Below, piece by piece: positions 49,099 to 58,519 of a DNA stretch of 64,000 bases. Made by a program: the position numbers and the translations under genes. Under the pieces are notes generated by a model. The model did no database searches, was not told where the DNA came from, and saw nothing but the letters and a program-made list of their open reading frames with translations. This stretch comes from a virus (Duplodnaviria; Caudoviricetes). The stretch covers positions 115,402-179,401 of IMG/VR virus record IMGVR_UViG_3300012157_000001. One strand, written 5' to 3'. Position 1 is the stretch's first letter, and the number at the start of each line of letters is the position of its first letter.

Positions 49099-49368
49099 AT
49101 GGCACGGACGCACAAAGACGTGGAGTTCGCCGTTGAAGACGGGAGCGGCCACCAACGCACCTTCAAAACTTTCGACGAGGCCGCAGGGTTCGCGCTCGTC
49201 ATGGGCGTCTCGCGCGGGCGCGCGAACCTCGACGTGCTCATCTGGAGCAAGAGCGGCGCACGGTTCTACGGCGGCGACGACGCCGTCGAGCAGTACAACG
49301 AGGATCCCGAGGCGAGCGTCTTCGAGCGCTACCAAATCAGCGTCAACGCCCAGGGACGGATCCCGTGA
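49099..49368 (+). CDS. hypothetical protein
   Basis: GGAG RBS; protein-like composition. Confidence 0.65.
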   Translation: MARTHKDVEFAVEDGSGHQRTFKTFDEAAGFALVMGVSRGRANLDVLIWSKSGARFYGGDDAVEQYNEDPEASVFERYQISVNAQGRIP

Positions 49369-49423
49369 AGCGCCGCTTTCAAAGCCGCTGGCGATGATGA
49401 CTTGACTGACGGCACCGGCTGGG

Positions 49424-49672
49424 GTGATGCTAAAGGCATCATCATGCCGAGCATCGCAGCCGAACTCTTTTTTCGCGCTTCTCTTTCTCGCCGTGATCCT
49501 TTGGGGCGGTGACCGCCTGATCGCGCTTGTTCCCGGTTACGAAAAGTTGAAGCAGGCTGCGCGCATCATCGCGATCGTCGCCGTCGCGCTCTGGTGTATC
49601 AGCCTGGCCGCGTCGCTCGTCGGCGTCTCGTTGCCATGGAGTGCCGGCACGTCGGTACACCGGAGGCACTGA
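49424..49672 (+). CDS. small membrane protein
   Basis: two TM segments; start uncertain. Confidence 0.45.
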   Translation: MMLKASSCRASQPNSFFALLFLAVILWGGDRLIALVPGYEKLKQAARIIAIVAVALWCISLAASLVGVSLPWSAGTSVHRRH

Positions 49673-49678
49673 CCTACC

Positions 49679-49912
49679 GTGACGGTAGTCGACGCGCGAA
49701 GCGGACGCGACGTAGCGCTCGGCCAGACCGTTCGATACGGTGGTGACCCGGGCGCGGACTGGCAGCTCTTGGGTGTCGAGCGCGCGAATCCCCTCGGGGA
49801 CGCGCTGATCATCATCCGTCGGCTGAGCGACAGCACGATTCACCGAGTGCCGTGTCCCGTTCGCTGGTTCATCGGCGGTCGCGTGCTGCCGGTCATCCTC
49901 GCGCCGACTTGA
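49679..49912 (+). CDS. hypothetical protein
   Basis: GGAGG RBS. Confidence 0.5.
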   Translation: MTVVDARSGRDVALGQTVRYGGDPGADWQLLGVERANPLGDALIIIRRLSDSTIHRVPCPVRWFIGGRVLPVILAPT

Positions 49913-49953
49913 CGCCTCGCTCGCCGCGCGGCACCCTGTGAGCCGTCCCCATC

Positions 49954-50291
49954 GGGGCCGATCGGTTTCGACGTGGAGTGAAAGGAAGGCCTGCGCGCAG
50001 GGAGTAGCCCACCCGGACGGGCTCGTTTAGTTGCGAACGACAACAGCACCGCTCTGCCCATCGCGGCTTGAGCCGTCGCTACGGAGAGGAATCCGAGTAT
50101 CCGAAGCGGCGTGACTACACGGGTCGAACTGCGCGGGGCCGCCTCGACGCAGAGGTCATCACGGCGGCCGAGCATACCGGATCATCGCGATAAGGTGCCG
50201 GAAGCCCGCTGCGAGGCTTAGAGCAGCTACGCGCGTGAACGAAGGTCATCTGGAAGCTTTGCGGACCCGGGTTCGATACCCGGCGGCTCCA
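49954..50291 (+). ncRNA. ssrA: tmRNA, tag ANDNSTALPIAA*
   Basis: 5' GGGGCCGATCGGTTTCGAC; tag ORF 50033-50071; 3' GACCCGGGTTCGATACCCGGCGGCTCCA; G3:U Ala acceptor. Confidence 0.95.
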
Positions 50292-50345
50292 CTCCCGCTG
50301 TCACGCGGGATGGTGGAGGCAAGGACGGTCAGTCCTCGCCCCTTG

Positions 50346-50379
50346 GAACGGCTCGGAGACCCCGGGCCGTTTCGCTTTT
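50346..50379 (+). terminator. intrinsic terminator downstream of ssrA
   Basis: GAACGGCTCGG-AGAC-CCCGGGCCGTTTC hairpin followed by GCTTTT. Confidence 0.6.
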
Positions 50380-50434
50380 CGGTTGACCGGTTGCGCGATC
50401 CTCGCTCTCGCGTGTAGGCTTCTGCCACGACCAC

Positions 50435-50920
50435 GTGATCGCACTCGGGATTGCGCCGGGGCTCCGTGCCCTGGGATACGCAGTGCTGCAAGCCAACGGC
50501 GCGCCGCGGGCGGAGCTTTTGGACTCGGACGTGCTCCACGCCGGCCGCGGCATCACGGTGCAAAATGCGATCGACGTGGCTCGCCGCGTCCACGCGCACC
50601 GGCTCGTGCTCGACGTCGTGCTGGCTCGAAACCCCCCTGGCATCGTCGTGCTCGCGCCGCAGGCGGACCTCGCCGAGCCCCCGGAGCACATCGCGCTCGT
50701 GCGGCTCGGGCTGATGGCCCTCGGCCAGGCGTTCCAGGTGCGGATCCTTGATTTGCACAACCCGGCGGACCTCTACGAAGCGCTCGGGATCGAGTCGTCG
50801 AAGGGGATCGCCCCGACGCTCCGGGCCTCGGTGAGGGGGCCGACGGCGGTTCCCAGGGACCGCCGGGTGCTGCTCGCCACGGCGGCCGCCGTGGCGGGGT
50901 GGAGGGAGGTTGCCCGTTGA
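50435..50920 (+). CDS. RuvC-like protein lacking catalytic residues
   Basis: MIALGIAPGLRALGYAVL (canonical GIDPG); 161 aa with RuvC-like layout. Confidence 0.65.
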   Translation: MIALGIAPGLRALGYAVLQANGAPRAELLDSDVLHAGRGITVQNAIDVARRVHAHRLVLDVVLARNPPGIVVLAPQADLAEPPEHIALVRLGLMALGQAFQVRILDLHNPADLYEALGIESSKGIAPTLRASVRGPTAVPRDRRVLLATAAAVAGWREVAR

Positions 50921-50929
50921 GGTTTTCAC

Positions 50930-51391
50930 GTGAAAGGGTTTCACGGTCACATGCGGCGGCGCCGACGAACTGAAGCCGAAATCGCCGCTGGGGTTGAGCT
51001 CCCAGAGCCGGACACCCGGTGGTGCTCGGGGTGCCAGGCCGAACGGCCGAAAGAGGAATTTGCTCGGTGCAAACGCAACGGGCGGCAGCGGCTCTGTCGG
51101 ACTCACCACGCCGAAGCCATGCGCCGCCACCGGGCGGCGCACCCGGGCGCAGAAACAGAGCGTTACCGGGCCGACCCGGCCTACGCCGACAAAGTGCGCG
51201 CCCGCAAACGGGTGAGCATGAGGCGATACCGCCAGCGTTCGGCGAAGCGACCCTGTGAAAACTGCGGCGAGCCCGTGACGCAAGCGCACCATGACGACTA
51301 CACGAAACCGTTGGAGGTGCGCGCGCTTTGCCGCAAGTGCCACGGCGCCCGGCACTACCCAGAAGCGCAGCCGAAGGCCCGGAAGTCCTAG
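50930..51391 (+). CDS. HNH-like Zn-finger protein
   Basis: CSGC; PCENCG....AHHDDYTKPLEVRALCRKCH. Confidence 0.75.
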   Translation: MKGFHGHMRRRRRTEAEIAAGVELPEPDTRWCSGCQAERPKEEFARCKRNGRQRLCRTHHAEAMRRHRAAHPGAETERYRADPAYADKVRARKRVSMRRYRQRSAKRPCENCGEPVTQAHHDDYTKPLEVRALCRKCHGARHYPEAQPKARKS

Positions 51392-51446
51392 CGGTCCGCG
51401 AACTCCCCTTGCGCCGGCCCCTCGACTCGACGGAGCATTCAGACCC

Positions 51447-51983
51447 ATGACGATCACGCTCATTCTCGCGTGCCTCGCTTCTCTCTCCGTAGGGGTTCTG
51501 CTCACCACGCTGCTTCTGCGCCGCCGCAGCCGAGCAGCCGGCGGCGCCGCGCTTGCGTCGCTCGGCCAGATCGACGTCACGATCAAGGATTTGGAGTCGG
51601 CCCTCGCGCTGCAGCGGGAGGAAACGGATCGCGCCCGCGCTCAACGCGACGAGGAAGCGCGTAAGGCTCGCGAGTACTTCGACCGCATCGACGGGATCGT
51701 GAAAGAGGCAGATGACTGCCGCCGGCTGCTCGTGAAGACGGGCGCTGAGCACGGCGCGGCGCAGGCGATGATGCTCGCCGAAATCGACAGCGTGGTGCAC
51801 CAGTACGGCGCGCTGGCGAAGCAGTATCAGGAGGCCACCGGCAAGCCGGCGCCACGGCCCGAGCCGCGGCTCAACGCTGCCATTCAAGTCGTCGCTGCCG
51901 ACTTCCGGGAAGCGCACGTCACGCCCTACCAAAAGGCCACCCCCCAGGCACCTGTCGAGGCGAGTCCTCCCACTGGGGGTTGA
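51447..51983 (+). CDS. membrane-anchored coiled-coil protein
   Basis: N-terminal TM helix plus heptads. Confidence 0.65.
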   Translation: MTITLILACLASLSVGVLLTTLLLRRRSRAAGGAALASLGQIDVTIKDLESALALQREETDRARAQRDEEARKAREYFDRIDGIVKEADDCRRLLVKTGAEHGAAQAMMLAEIDSVVHQYGALAKQYQEATGKPAPRPEPRLNAAIQVVAADFREAHVTPYQKATPQAPVEASPPTGG

Positions 51984-52017
51984 TCGCGGTCCCACAAGGA
52001 CTTAACCTCGAACGCCA

Positions 52018-52815
52018 ATGCCGACGAGCGACGAGGGGCCTGCGAAGGCCCCGGCGGTCCGCCACGAGGTGGAAGGACCGCGGATGGCGGATGCTCTCTA
52101 CGAGCCGTTCAAGAACGAACCGACGCCGATTGGCGTCGATCCTTCGGACGGGCTCCCGCGGCCGATCGTGTCGCAAGCGTGGAAAGACGCTCAGGCGCCC
52201 GCGCTCGACCCGGAGCGGTTCGTGTGCATGGCGGACTGTTCGGTATTCGTCATTCGCGATTCGTGGGGCGCGCCGATCGTGCGACTGGACCCGTCGGAGG
52301 TGGAACGCGCACCGGACGGTCGCTGGCGCGTGAAGGCCGAGACGCTCGCCCTCAAAGTGAAGGATCGGCTCGACGCGGCTCGGGAGGCACGCCGGTCTCG
52401 CGACAAGCGGCACCTGCCCGCCAGTTCTTCCTCGCCTAAGCGCACCGACGCCGAGATGTGCGAATTGGTGTTCGGTGGCTCCGACGGTTACTGCATCGTC
52501 GAGCCGCTACGTCCGCAGTGCCAGCATTACGCGCGGCAGCTCATCCCGTTCCCCGACGATCGGGAGCACACGATGGCGATCCGTCTTTGCACTGCGCGCC
52601 GCACAGACGAAGGGGAGTTTTTGGACGTCGGCAACCAGCAGGTGCTCGCGTGCGAGTTGCGCTCTCCCGTGTTCGGCAACGAAGCCGCCCGCATCGACGC
52701 CTTCGAGGCGAAGACGTTCGAAGATCAGCAGCAGAGCAAGGCCAACGAGGTGGCCGACGACTTTGACCTGGATGCGGCGCTTGGCGCCCAAGACACGACG
52801 ACGAAAGGAAACTGA
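52018..52815 (+). CDS. Cys-containing hypothetical protein
   Basis: 265-aa ORF in operon. Confidence 0.65.
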   Translation: MPTSDEGPAKAPAVRHEVEGPRMADALYEPFKNEPTPIGVDPSDGLPRPIVSQAWKDAQAPALDPERFVCMADCSVFVIRDSWGAPIVRLDPSEVERAPDGRWRVKAETLALKVKDRLDAAREARRSRDKRHLPASSSSPKRTDAEMCELVFGGSDGYCIVEPLRPQCQHYARQLIPFPDDREHTMAIRLCTARRTDEGEFLDVGNQQVLACELRSPVFGNEAARIDAFEAKTFEDQQQSKANEVADDFDLDAALGAQDTTTKGN

Positions 52816-52819
52816 TCGA

Positions 52820-53353
52820 ATGGCTGACGACAGCGACGACAATCTGCAACGACTGGACGCAGTGGTGAACGAGATCGACGCCCACTACGGACGCCTCGTC
52901 CGCGAAGCGAAGCTCGGTAGAGCGACGGTGCCTTCGATCATGCAGGAGCTCGCCGAGACCGTGATGCCTCTCATGAAGGACTTCTCGGTCCGCATGTTCG
53001 CGGAGATGATTGCCGTGCGGCAGTACATCCATCAGGAGGTCGAGCCGGCGCTCCAGCGGATTGGGGACGATCAGGACTCGATGCTCCTGGCAGAGGACGC
53101 CGAGATGATCACCCAACGGCTGCTCTCGTACCGCTCGATGCTCGAAGGAGGGATCGCGCGGCTCACTGGTGACGACAAGGCGCGGATGGAAGCGGAGCTC
53201 GCTGAGGTCGACACAACACTCGCGCGTGTCGCGGAGATCACCGAAGAGGTCGAGCCCGACGACAATCCCGAACCGGGAGACGAGCCCGAAGTCGTGGATG
53301 ACGACGACGAAGAGGAAGAGGTCGAAGGCGGTCGCGCAGCAGGAACGGCGTGA
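52820..53353 (+). CDS. acidic helical hypothetical protein
   Basis: AAGGA RBS; GTGA-coupled to next gene. Confidence 0.7.
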   Translation: MADDSDDNLQRLDAVVNEIDAHYGRLVREAKLGRATVPSIMQELAETVMPLMKDFSVRMFAEMIAVRQYIHQEVEPALQRIGDDQDSMLLAEDAEMITQRLLSYRSMLEGGIARLTGDDKARMEAELAEVDTTLARVAEITEEVEPDDNPEPGDEPEVVDDDDEEEEVEGGRAAGTA

Positions 53354-56154
53354 GCGACGACCAGAACTCGAACGGCGCGGCGGCCGAGACGCCGCCGCGC
53401 GTGAAGCGGCCGCTGAGCGACAAGCAGCGCGAGGTGCTCGCTCGTGGTCAGCAGGCGCTCGCCGCGAAGCGTGCCGAGCGTAAGGCGAACGCTGCGGGCC
53501 TCGTGCAGACGAGCTCGACAGAGATCCGAGAGGCACGGCAGCAAGTGGAACCGGCGCCGCTCCGAACGATGGACGACATCGTCGCTCGTCACATCGCTGA
53601 GCCGGCACCTCCGGTGGATATTCCACCGGTGGAACAGGTTGCTCGCGAGACGAAGCTCTACACCGTCGGCGCGGACCCGCTGCCACCGCCGGAGAACAAT
53701 CCGTTCCTGAACGACGGCGTGATCGCTTCGAGTGAGGGCCCAGCTCCGGATCTGGTGGGTATCCAGCCGCCACGAAACCTTGCCGGTCTGATGGAGATGT
53801 GCCCGACGATCGGCGACGGGCAGTACCACATCGAGGTCGTTCGCCGCGCGCCGCAACAGTACGGCGGCATCGTTTGCAAAGGTATCCAGCGGTCGATCAA
53901 GGAATACATGACCGACACGGACTTCGTGTCGTTCTACGGCGGCGGCGACTACATTCTCACTCTCTACGGGCCGCCGCCACGAGGCGGCATCATCGATGCG
54001 CGCACGGGGCGCCCGCGCAGCAAGGCGCTGTCGCCGCCCGTAAAGCTCGAAATCTCTCCATCGGTGCACCCGCCGAACGTGCAGGCGGCAGTGCTACTAG
54101 ACGACGAAATGCATGCGACGGAAGGCGAAGATCAGATGCGGTACTACCAGCCCGGTTTCCAGACCGGCATGCCGGCACGTCCGGTGACAACTGCGGATGC
54201 TCGGATGCTGGAAGTGCAGCTTACCCACGAGGAAAAGATGCAAGCGCGTCAGGAAGCCAAAGAAAGGGAGCTGCGCGAGCAGCAGTCGGGGATCAGCGCA
54301 TCGCTCGGACCTGTGCTCGATGTCATGCGTCAGAACAGCGCGGAAAGCATGAAGGCGGTGGAACGCACTGCGGAGGCGCGTGCCCGTATCGCCGAGCAGA
54401 CGGCAGAGCGTGCTGAGGCGGACCGAGTTCGCGCCGAGGCCAAGGCCGAACAGGCGCAGCGCGAAGCGCGCCTGGAAATCGAGCGCGAGCGCAGCAAGCC
54501 GACCGACGCTGCGCAGCTCGTTGACGGTTTTTCGAAGATGGCCGCGGTCCTGAGGCCCTCCGACAACGGTTCTGCGGTCGAGGCGAGGGCGGCTGAGAAG
54601 GCGCTCGATCTGGCGCGCCAGGAAATCACGCGCGTGACGCAAGCGCACTCGGAAGAGGTGTCACGGCTTCAGAAGGACCACACGGACACTATCCGGCGCA
54701 TGCAGGAGGACCACCGCGCCGAGATGACGCGCCGGCAGGACCAAGAGCGCAACGAAACGGAACGGCAGCAACGGCAGCATACCGAGGAACTCAGGCGTCA
54801 GGAGGAGCGCCTAAAGGACAACCTGGAGCGTGCCGAGCGACGCGCCGAAGAGGCAGAACGGAAGGCCGAGCAGCGCGTTCAAGAGGCAGAGACACGCACC
54901 GAACGCCGAATGAGTGAGATGCGCGACGAGCACAAGCGCATCCTCGATGACCTACGGACGCAGAACCAACAGCGTCTCGACGACGAACGCCGGCAACACG
55001 ACCGCGATCTGAAGACGCAGGCGGCGACCTACGAAACGCGGCTTTCCGGACAGAAGGACATGTACGACAACCGGATGACGATGGCGGCTCAGGAAGTGAC
55101 GCGCGTCACGTCCGAAGCGGATCGGTATCGGAAGGAGGCGGCGGACAACAAGGATCTGAACAAGCAGATCGAAAAGGCTCAAGAGGCGGCGTCACTCCTC
55201 GGCTGGGGTCCATCCGGCGATGGCGCTGATCAGACGCCGCCCCCGAAGGACTGGAAGGAGATGCTCGGACGAGCCGGCATGGAGCTCGTGTCGAAGCTCC
55301 CGGAGATTGTCCAGAGCGCCGGTGACCAAGTAGCAAAGCTTCGTGGGCAACCGGGGCCGACGCCGGAGCAGGTACAGGCCATGCAGTACGACCAGATGCT
55401 GCGCCAATCGCACCAGACCATGATGGCGCGGCAGATGGGCGGAATGCCGGCCGCCCCGAACCTGCCACCGCCGATGCGGACGGCGAGCGGCGCGGTGTTC
55501 CAACCGGCGCCGCTCCGTTTCGGCACGGAGGACTCGTCTGGACCGCTCGACCCGAGCGCGCCAAGCCCACGCGGGTTCGATCAATTCGACGCGCAGCAGT
55601 CGATGGCACCCGCGTATCAACCACCACCGCCCGCGTATCCGCAGCAGACGTACCAACCGGCACAACCGCCGCAGTACCAGGCGCCACCGCCGCCAGCGTA
55701 CCAAGGACAGCCGTCGCAGTACCAGGCGCCACCGGGGGCGCCACAGACCTATCAACAGGCGGCGCCGCAACCGGGAGCCGTGCCACAGCAGACGTACCAA
55801 CCGGCGCCAGCGCCGCAACAGGCAGCACCGGCAGCGCCGGCAGCGCCACAGATGTCGCAGGCACCACCGGGTTCCGTACCGTCGGTGATTCCGACCGAGA
55901 TGATCGTGCAGTTCGCGCCGGTGCTCGAACAAGCGCTCGCTTCCGGCGCACCAGTCGAGGAGATCGCGCAGGAATTGATCGGGCTGCTCGGGCCGGCGAA
56001 CCTCGCGCAGGTCGTGAACGGCTTGAAGCCAGAGCGCGTCGTGGTCGAGCTCCAGAAGGCGGGCAAGGGATCGAGTCCGCTGGTGCGCCGCCAGGGCCAG
56101 CAGTTCCTGCGGGACATCTGGGGGCACTGCGCGGCGTTGCTCGCGCAGGGATGA
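53350..56154 (+). CDS. large coiled-coil protein with Pro/Gln/Tyr-rich region
   Basis: 934 aa; about 300-aa E/R/Q coiled coil; YQPP repeats. Confidence 0.85.
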   Translation: MSDDQNSNGAAAETPPRVKRPLSDKQREVLARGQQALAAKRAERKANAAGLVQTSSTEIREARQQVEPAPLRTMDDIVARHIAEPAPPVDIPPVEQVARETKLYTVGADPLPPPENNPFLNDGVIASSEGPAPDLVGIQPPRNLAGLMEMCPTIGDGQYHIEVVRRAPQQYGGIVCKGIQRSIKEYMTDTDFVSFYGGGDYILTLYGPPPRGGIIDARTGRPRSKALSPPVKLEISPSVHPPNVQAAVLLDDEMHATEGEDQMRYYQPGFQTGMPARPVTTADARMLEVQLTHEEKMQARQEAKERELREQQSGISASLGPVLDVMRQNSAESMKAVERTAEARARIAEQTAERAEADRVRAEAKAEQAQREARLEIERERSKPTDAAQLVDGFSKMAAVLRPSDNGSAVEARAAEKALDLARQEITRVTQAHSEEVSRLQKDHTDTIRRMQEDHRAEMTRRQDQERNETERQQRQHTEELRRQEERLKDNLERAERRAEEAERKAEQRVQEAETRTERRMSEMRDEHKRILDDLRTQNQQRLDDERRQHDRDLKTQAATYETRLSGQKDMYDNRMTMAAQEVTRVTSEADRYRKEAADNKDLNKQIEKAQEAASLLGWGPSGDGADQTPPPKDWKEMLGRAGMELVSKLPEIVQSAGDQVAKLRGQPGPTPEQVQAMQYDQMLRQSHQTMMARQMGGMPAAPNLPPPMRTASGAVFQPAPLRFGTEDSSGPLDPSAPSPRGFDQFDAQQSMAPAYQPPPPAYPQQTYQPAQPPQYQAPPPPAYQGQPSQYQAPPGAPQTYQQAAPQPGAVPQQTYQPAPAPQQAAPAAPAAPQMSQAPPGSVPSVIPTEMIVQFAPVLEQALASGAPVEEIAQELIGLLGPANLAQVVNGLKPERVVVELQKAGKGSSPLVRRQGQQFLRDIWGHCAALLAQG

Positions 56155-56170
56155 CGGGAGGACGAGACCA

Positions 56171-56680
56171 GTGGCGGACGAGATGCAGCGGATCTTCGAA
56201 GAAGCGGGCTACACCTATCCAGGAAGCCCGGAAGCCGGCGCGCGGCTGTTGCTGTCGGAAGTTCAGCGCAGTCAGCATCAGGCCGACGCAGAGAGCAGGA
56301 AGTACTCCGTCTTGGTGTCGGAGCTCAACGTTGCGCTCGACGCTTCACCGTTGCAATACGCGCCAGGAGATCCAGTGCGGCACATCGCGCTGCTTTGCGA
56401 GCGCGTGCAGGAGCGGCACGTGGCCGCAATTACGAACGCCGTGCGCACGCTGCGAGCGCGCCACCCGAGGCAGAGCGAAGCGCATCGCGACGACGACGAG
56501 TTTCTTTTTGCGATGGACGAGCTGGGCGACGCTGAAGCGGTCGGGCGCCTAATTCCAATCATCGAAGCGAGCGTTGCCTATTGGCAGGCGCTGCAGCGCG
56601 GCGATGACCACGCGAGCGTAGCGGCGGTGCTGACGCGGTGGTCGCAGGCCGTCTCGACTCACCTAGAATCCGCACTCTGA
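56171..56680 (+). CDS. hypothetical protein
   Basis: GGAGG RBS. Confidence 0.65.
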   Translation: MADEMQRIFEEAGYTYPGSPEAGARLLLSEVQRSQHQADAESRKYSVLVSELNVALDASPLQYAPGDPVRHIALLCERVQERHVAAITNAVRTLRARHPRQSEAHRDDDEFLFAMDELGDAEAVGRLIPIIEASVAYWQALQRGDDHASVAAVLTRWSQAVSTHLESAL

Positions 56681-56683
56681 TCG

Positions 56684-56974
56684 ATGGCCGCGATCTACAC
56701 GGTAGAGCGAATCGACAACGGAGTTGAGGTTCGCCTGTCGCGCAACCACGCGCTCGTCTGTCGGGTTTGGGTCAACGACAGCGTCGCTGGGCAGATGCTT
56801 ACCGGCTTGACCGCGGCCAACGAAGCGCGCCTTCGCAAGGAGATGAGGGAGGAGTACGACGCCGTGCTCGCCCGGGTCATCGCGCTGTTCCGGGCGGTCA
56901 TGGACGGTAAGCCGGGGGGCTCGATTACCGCGCCGGACGACTACGCTACGCATCTACTGCCGTTCGTAAACTGA
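56684..56974 (+). CDS. hypothetical protein
   Basis: last ORF of the operon. Confidence 0.6.
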   Translation: MAAIYTVERIDNGVEVRLSRNHALVCRVWVNDSVAGQMLTGLTAANEARLRKEMREEYDAVLARVIALFRAVMDGKPGGSITAPDDYATHLLPFVN

Positions 56975-57248
56975 AAACTCACGCCCGCGACAGCGGCGCC
57001 GCCGGTGCTGCCGATTTTCTCTTGACGTGCTTCGCCGCGTGTGGCAGGCATAGATCGACGCCAATGACCGCTTTCTCCATGCGCTCACCGCAATCCTCGC
57101 GAAGGACAGAATCCTTCGCAGGGTATACGTGTGCGCTACGCGGAGGCGATCACGGTACCTTGTGGGCCCTCCAGAGCGCGACCATCGTCAAGAATCCGGA
57201 GGCACCCACGTAAAGGGCGGCAAGTACTCGAATCAAGGACCAACGAGG

Positions 57249-57277
57249 AAGCCGCCCGGGAAACCGAGGCGGTTTTT
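57249..57277 (+). terminator. intrinsic terminator in the tRNA-array leader
   Basis: AAGCCGCCCGGGAAACCGAGGCGGTTTTT. Confidence 0.65.
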
Positions 57278-57302
57278 GACGTTTTGGGGTCCAGAAAAAC
57301 AC

Positions 57303-57385
57303 GCACCGCTAGACCGTTATGGATACGGGCTCCGCTGTAAACGGAGTGCCTTCGGGCCAGGAGAGTTCGATTCTCTCGCGGTGCA
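57303..57385 (+). tRNA. tRNA-Tyr(GTA)
   Basis: loop CTGTAAA, long variable arm. Confidence 0.85.
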
Positions 57386-57449
57386 CGAAAGAAAGGAACG
57401 AAGTGAAACGCAAGCGAGCGCCGGTAGCTCCGGCAACGAAAGGAGACTC

Positions 57450-57521
57450 GGGTCGTTGGCACCAAGGTGGTGCAGTCGGCTTTTAACCGAAACGAGGCAG
57501 GTTCGATTCCTGTGCGACCCA
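57450..57521 (+). tRNA. tRNA-Lys(TTT)
   Basis: loop CTTTTAA. Confidence 0.85.
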
Positions 57522-57522
57522 C

Positions 57523-57593
57523 GGGCTTGTAGCTCGAAGGTCGAGCAGGCGCCTCTTAAGCGCTCGGTGAGAGTTCGATTCTCTCCAGGCCCA
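57523..57593 (+). tRNA. tRNA-Lys(CTT)
   Basis: loop CTCTTAA. Confidence 0.88.
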
Positions 57594-57599
57594 CAGCAC

Positions 57600-57674
57600 T
57601 CCGGCTTCGTCCAACGGCAAGGACAACGCGCTCTGACCGCGTGAATGGTGGTTCGAATCCATCAGCCGGAACCA
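57600..57674 (+). tRNA. tRNA-Gln(CTG)
   Basis: loop CTCTGAC, CCA. Confidence 0.9.
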
Positions 57675-57681
57675 GAACAAT

Positions 57682-57708
57682 GCTCGCGAGAGCGCTGCTC
57701 TTTGACAA
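57682..57708 (+). promoter_or_regulatory. boxB-boxA antitermination element
   Basis: hairpin GCTC-GCGA-GAGC then TGCTCTTTGACAA. Confidence 0.65.
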
Positions 57709-57809
57709 TCTGCAAGGACGTGACGACGCGCATCGACTGCGATGCGTGTGGCGGTCTCTCCTCGACCAAACAAGACTGAAAGGCGGCGGCCTTCGGGCCG
57801 CCGTCGCAT

Positions 57810-57881
57810 TGCCAGGTGGCGAAGCGGAAACGCAGGCGGCTGTTAACCGCCCTACCGCAGGTTCGAATCCTGCCCTGGCAG
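57810..57881 (+). tRNA. tRNA-Asn(GTT)
   Basis: loop CTGTTAA. Confidence 0.88.
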
Positions 57882-57884
57882 CTA

Positions 57885-57946
57885 GTCCCCGAGTCGCGCA
57901 AGCGACGTGGCGCTTACGACCCCTTCACTGGGCGAGCCCGGGGACG
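57885..57946 (+). pseudogene. degenerate tRNA-Val(TAC)-like element
   Basis: acceptor GTCCCCG/CGGGGAC, loop CTTACGA, collapsed T arm. Confidence 0.4.
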
Positions 57947-57954
57947 AATCGTCT

Positions 57955-58029
57955 GCCGGTCTAGTTCTCGCGGGAGAACCTCCGTTTCGTAATCGGATGA
58001 GAGCGGTTCGACTCCGCTGATCGGCTCCA
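57955..58029 (+). tRNA. tRNA-Thr(CGT)
   Basis: loop TTCGTAA, CCA. Confidence 0.82.
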
Positions 58030-58125
58030 TGCTAGGGAAAAATGCGGGCGTAGGTATCGGCAGATGCGCGTCCCGCAACCCTTAGCAGTTGCCGCTACTC
58101 TGCTGCCGCAGGGTGAGCGGCGCCT

Positions 58126-58197
58126 GCCCCGTTCGACTTCAGGTGAGGTCGCCGGTCCTTCAAACCGGCCAGGTCGGATCGTTACCGACACGGGGTG
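58126..58197 (+). tRNA. tRNA-Glu(TTC), C33
   Basis: stem CCGGT/ACCGG, loop CCTTCAA. Confidence 0.72.
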
Positions 58198-58282
58198 CCT
58201 AGCGCAGCGTGTTCCGGGGGAAGAACCCGGCCCGGGCCCGGTCGTTCCGACACCAGGTCCGGCAAGCGCGACTGCGCGCATC

Positions 58283-58355
58283 GCCCCGACAGCTGACCCG
58301 GTGATAGCGCCTGCCTGAAGAGCAGGAGAGGTTCGTTCGACTCGAACTCGGGGCA
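58283..58355 (+). tRNA. tRNA-Phe(GAA)
   Basis: loop CTGAAGA. Confidence 0.85.
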
Positions 58356-58364
58356 CCGTTCGAC

Positions 58365-58436
58365 CGGAGAGTAGCCTATTGGTCAGGCACTTGATTTGGG
58401 ATCAAGATCAGGCAGGTTCGATTCCTGTCTCTCCGA
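58365..58436 (+). tRNA. tRNA-Pro(TGG)
   Basis: loop TTTGGGA. Confidence 0.88.
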
Positions 58437-58443
58437 CAAGTAT

Positions 58444-58518
58444 GGTGGCCATGGCCGAATGGTTAGGCACGCGACTGTGGCTCGCGGTACGCGGGTTCGA
58501 TTCCCGTTGGTCACCCCA
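58444..58518 (+). tRNA. tRNA-His(GTG)
   Basis: loop CTGTGGC, G-1, CCA. Confidence 0.9.
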
Positions 58519-58519
58519 T

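Noticed and set aside
49954-50291. ssrA as a prophage attachment site
   Set aside because: Phage-type genes on both sides; no integrase or duplicated 3' end seen.
58126-58197. tRNA-Sec (CTTCAAA)
   Set aside because: Stem register gives loop CCTTCAA (anticodon TTC); 7-bp acceptor and no long variable arm.
58200-58280. SRP (4.5S) RNA
   Set aside because: CAGGTCCGG is present but the GAAGGAAGCAGC continuation is absent.
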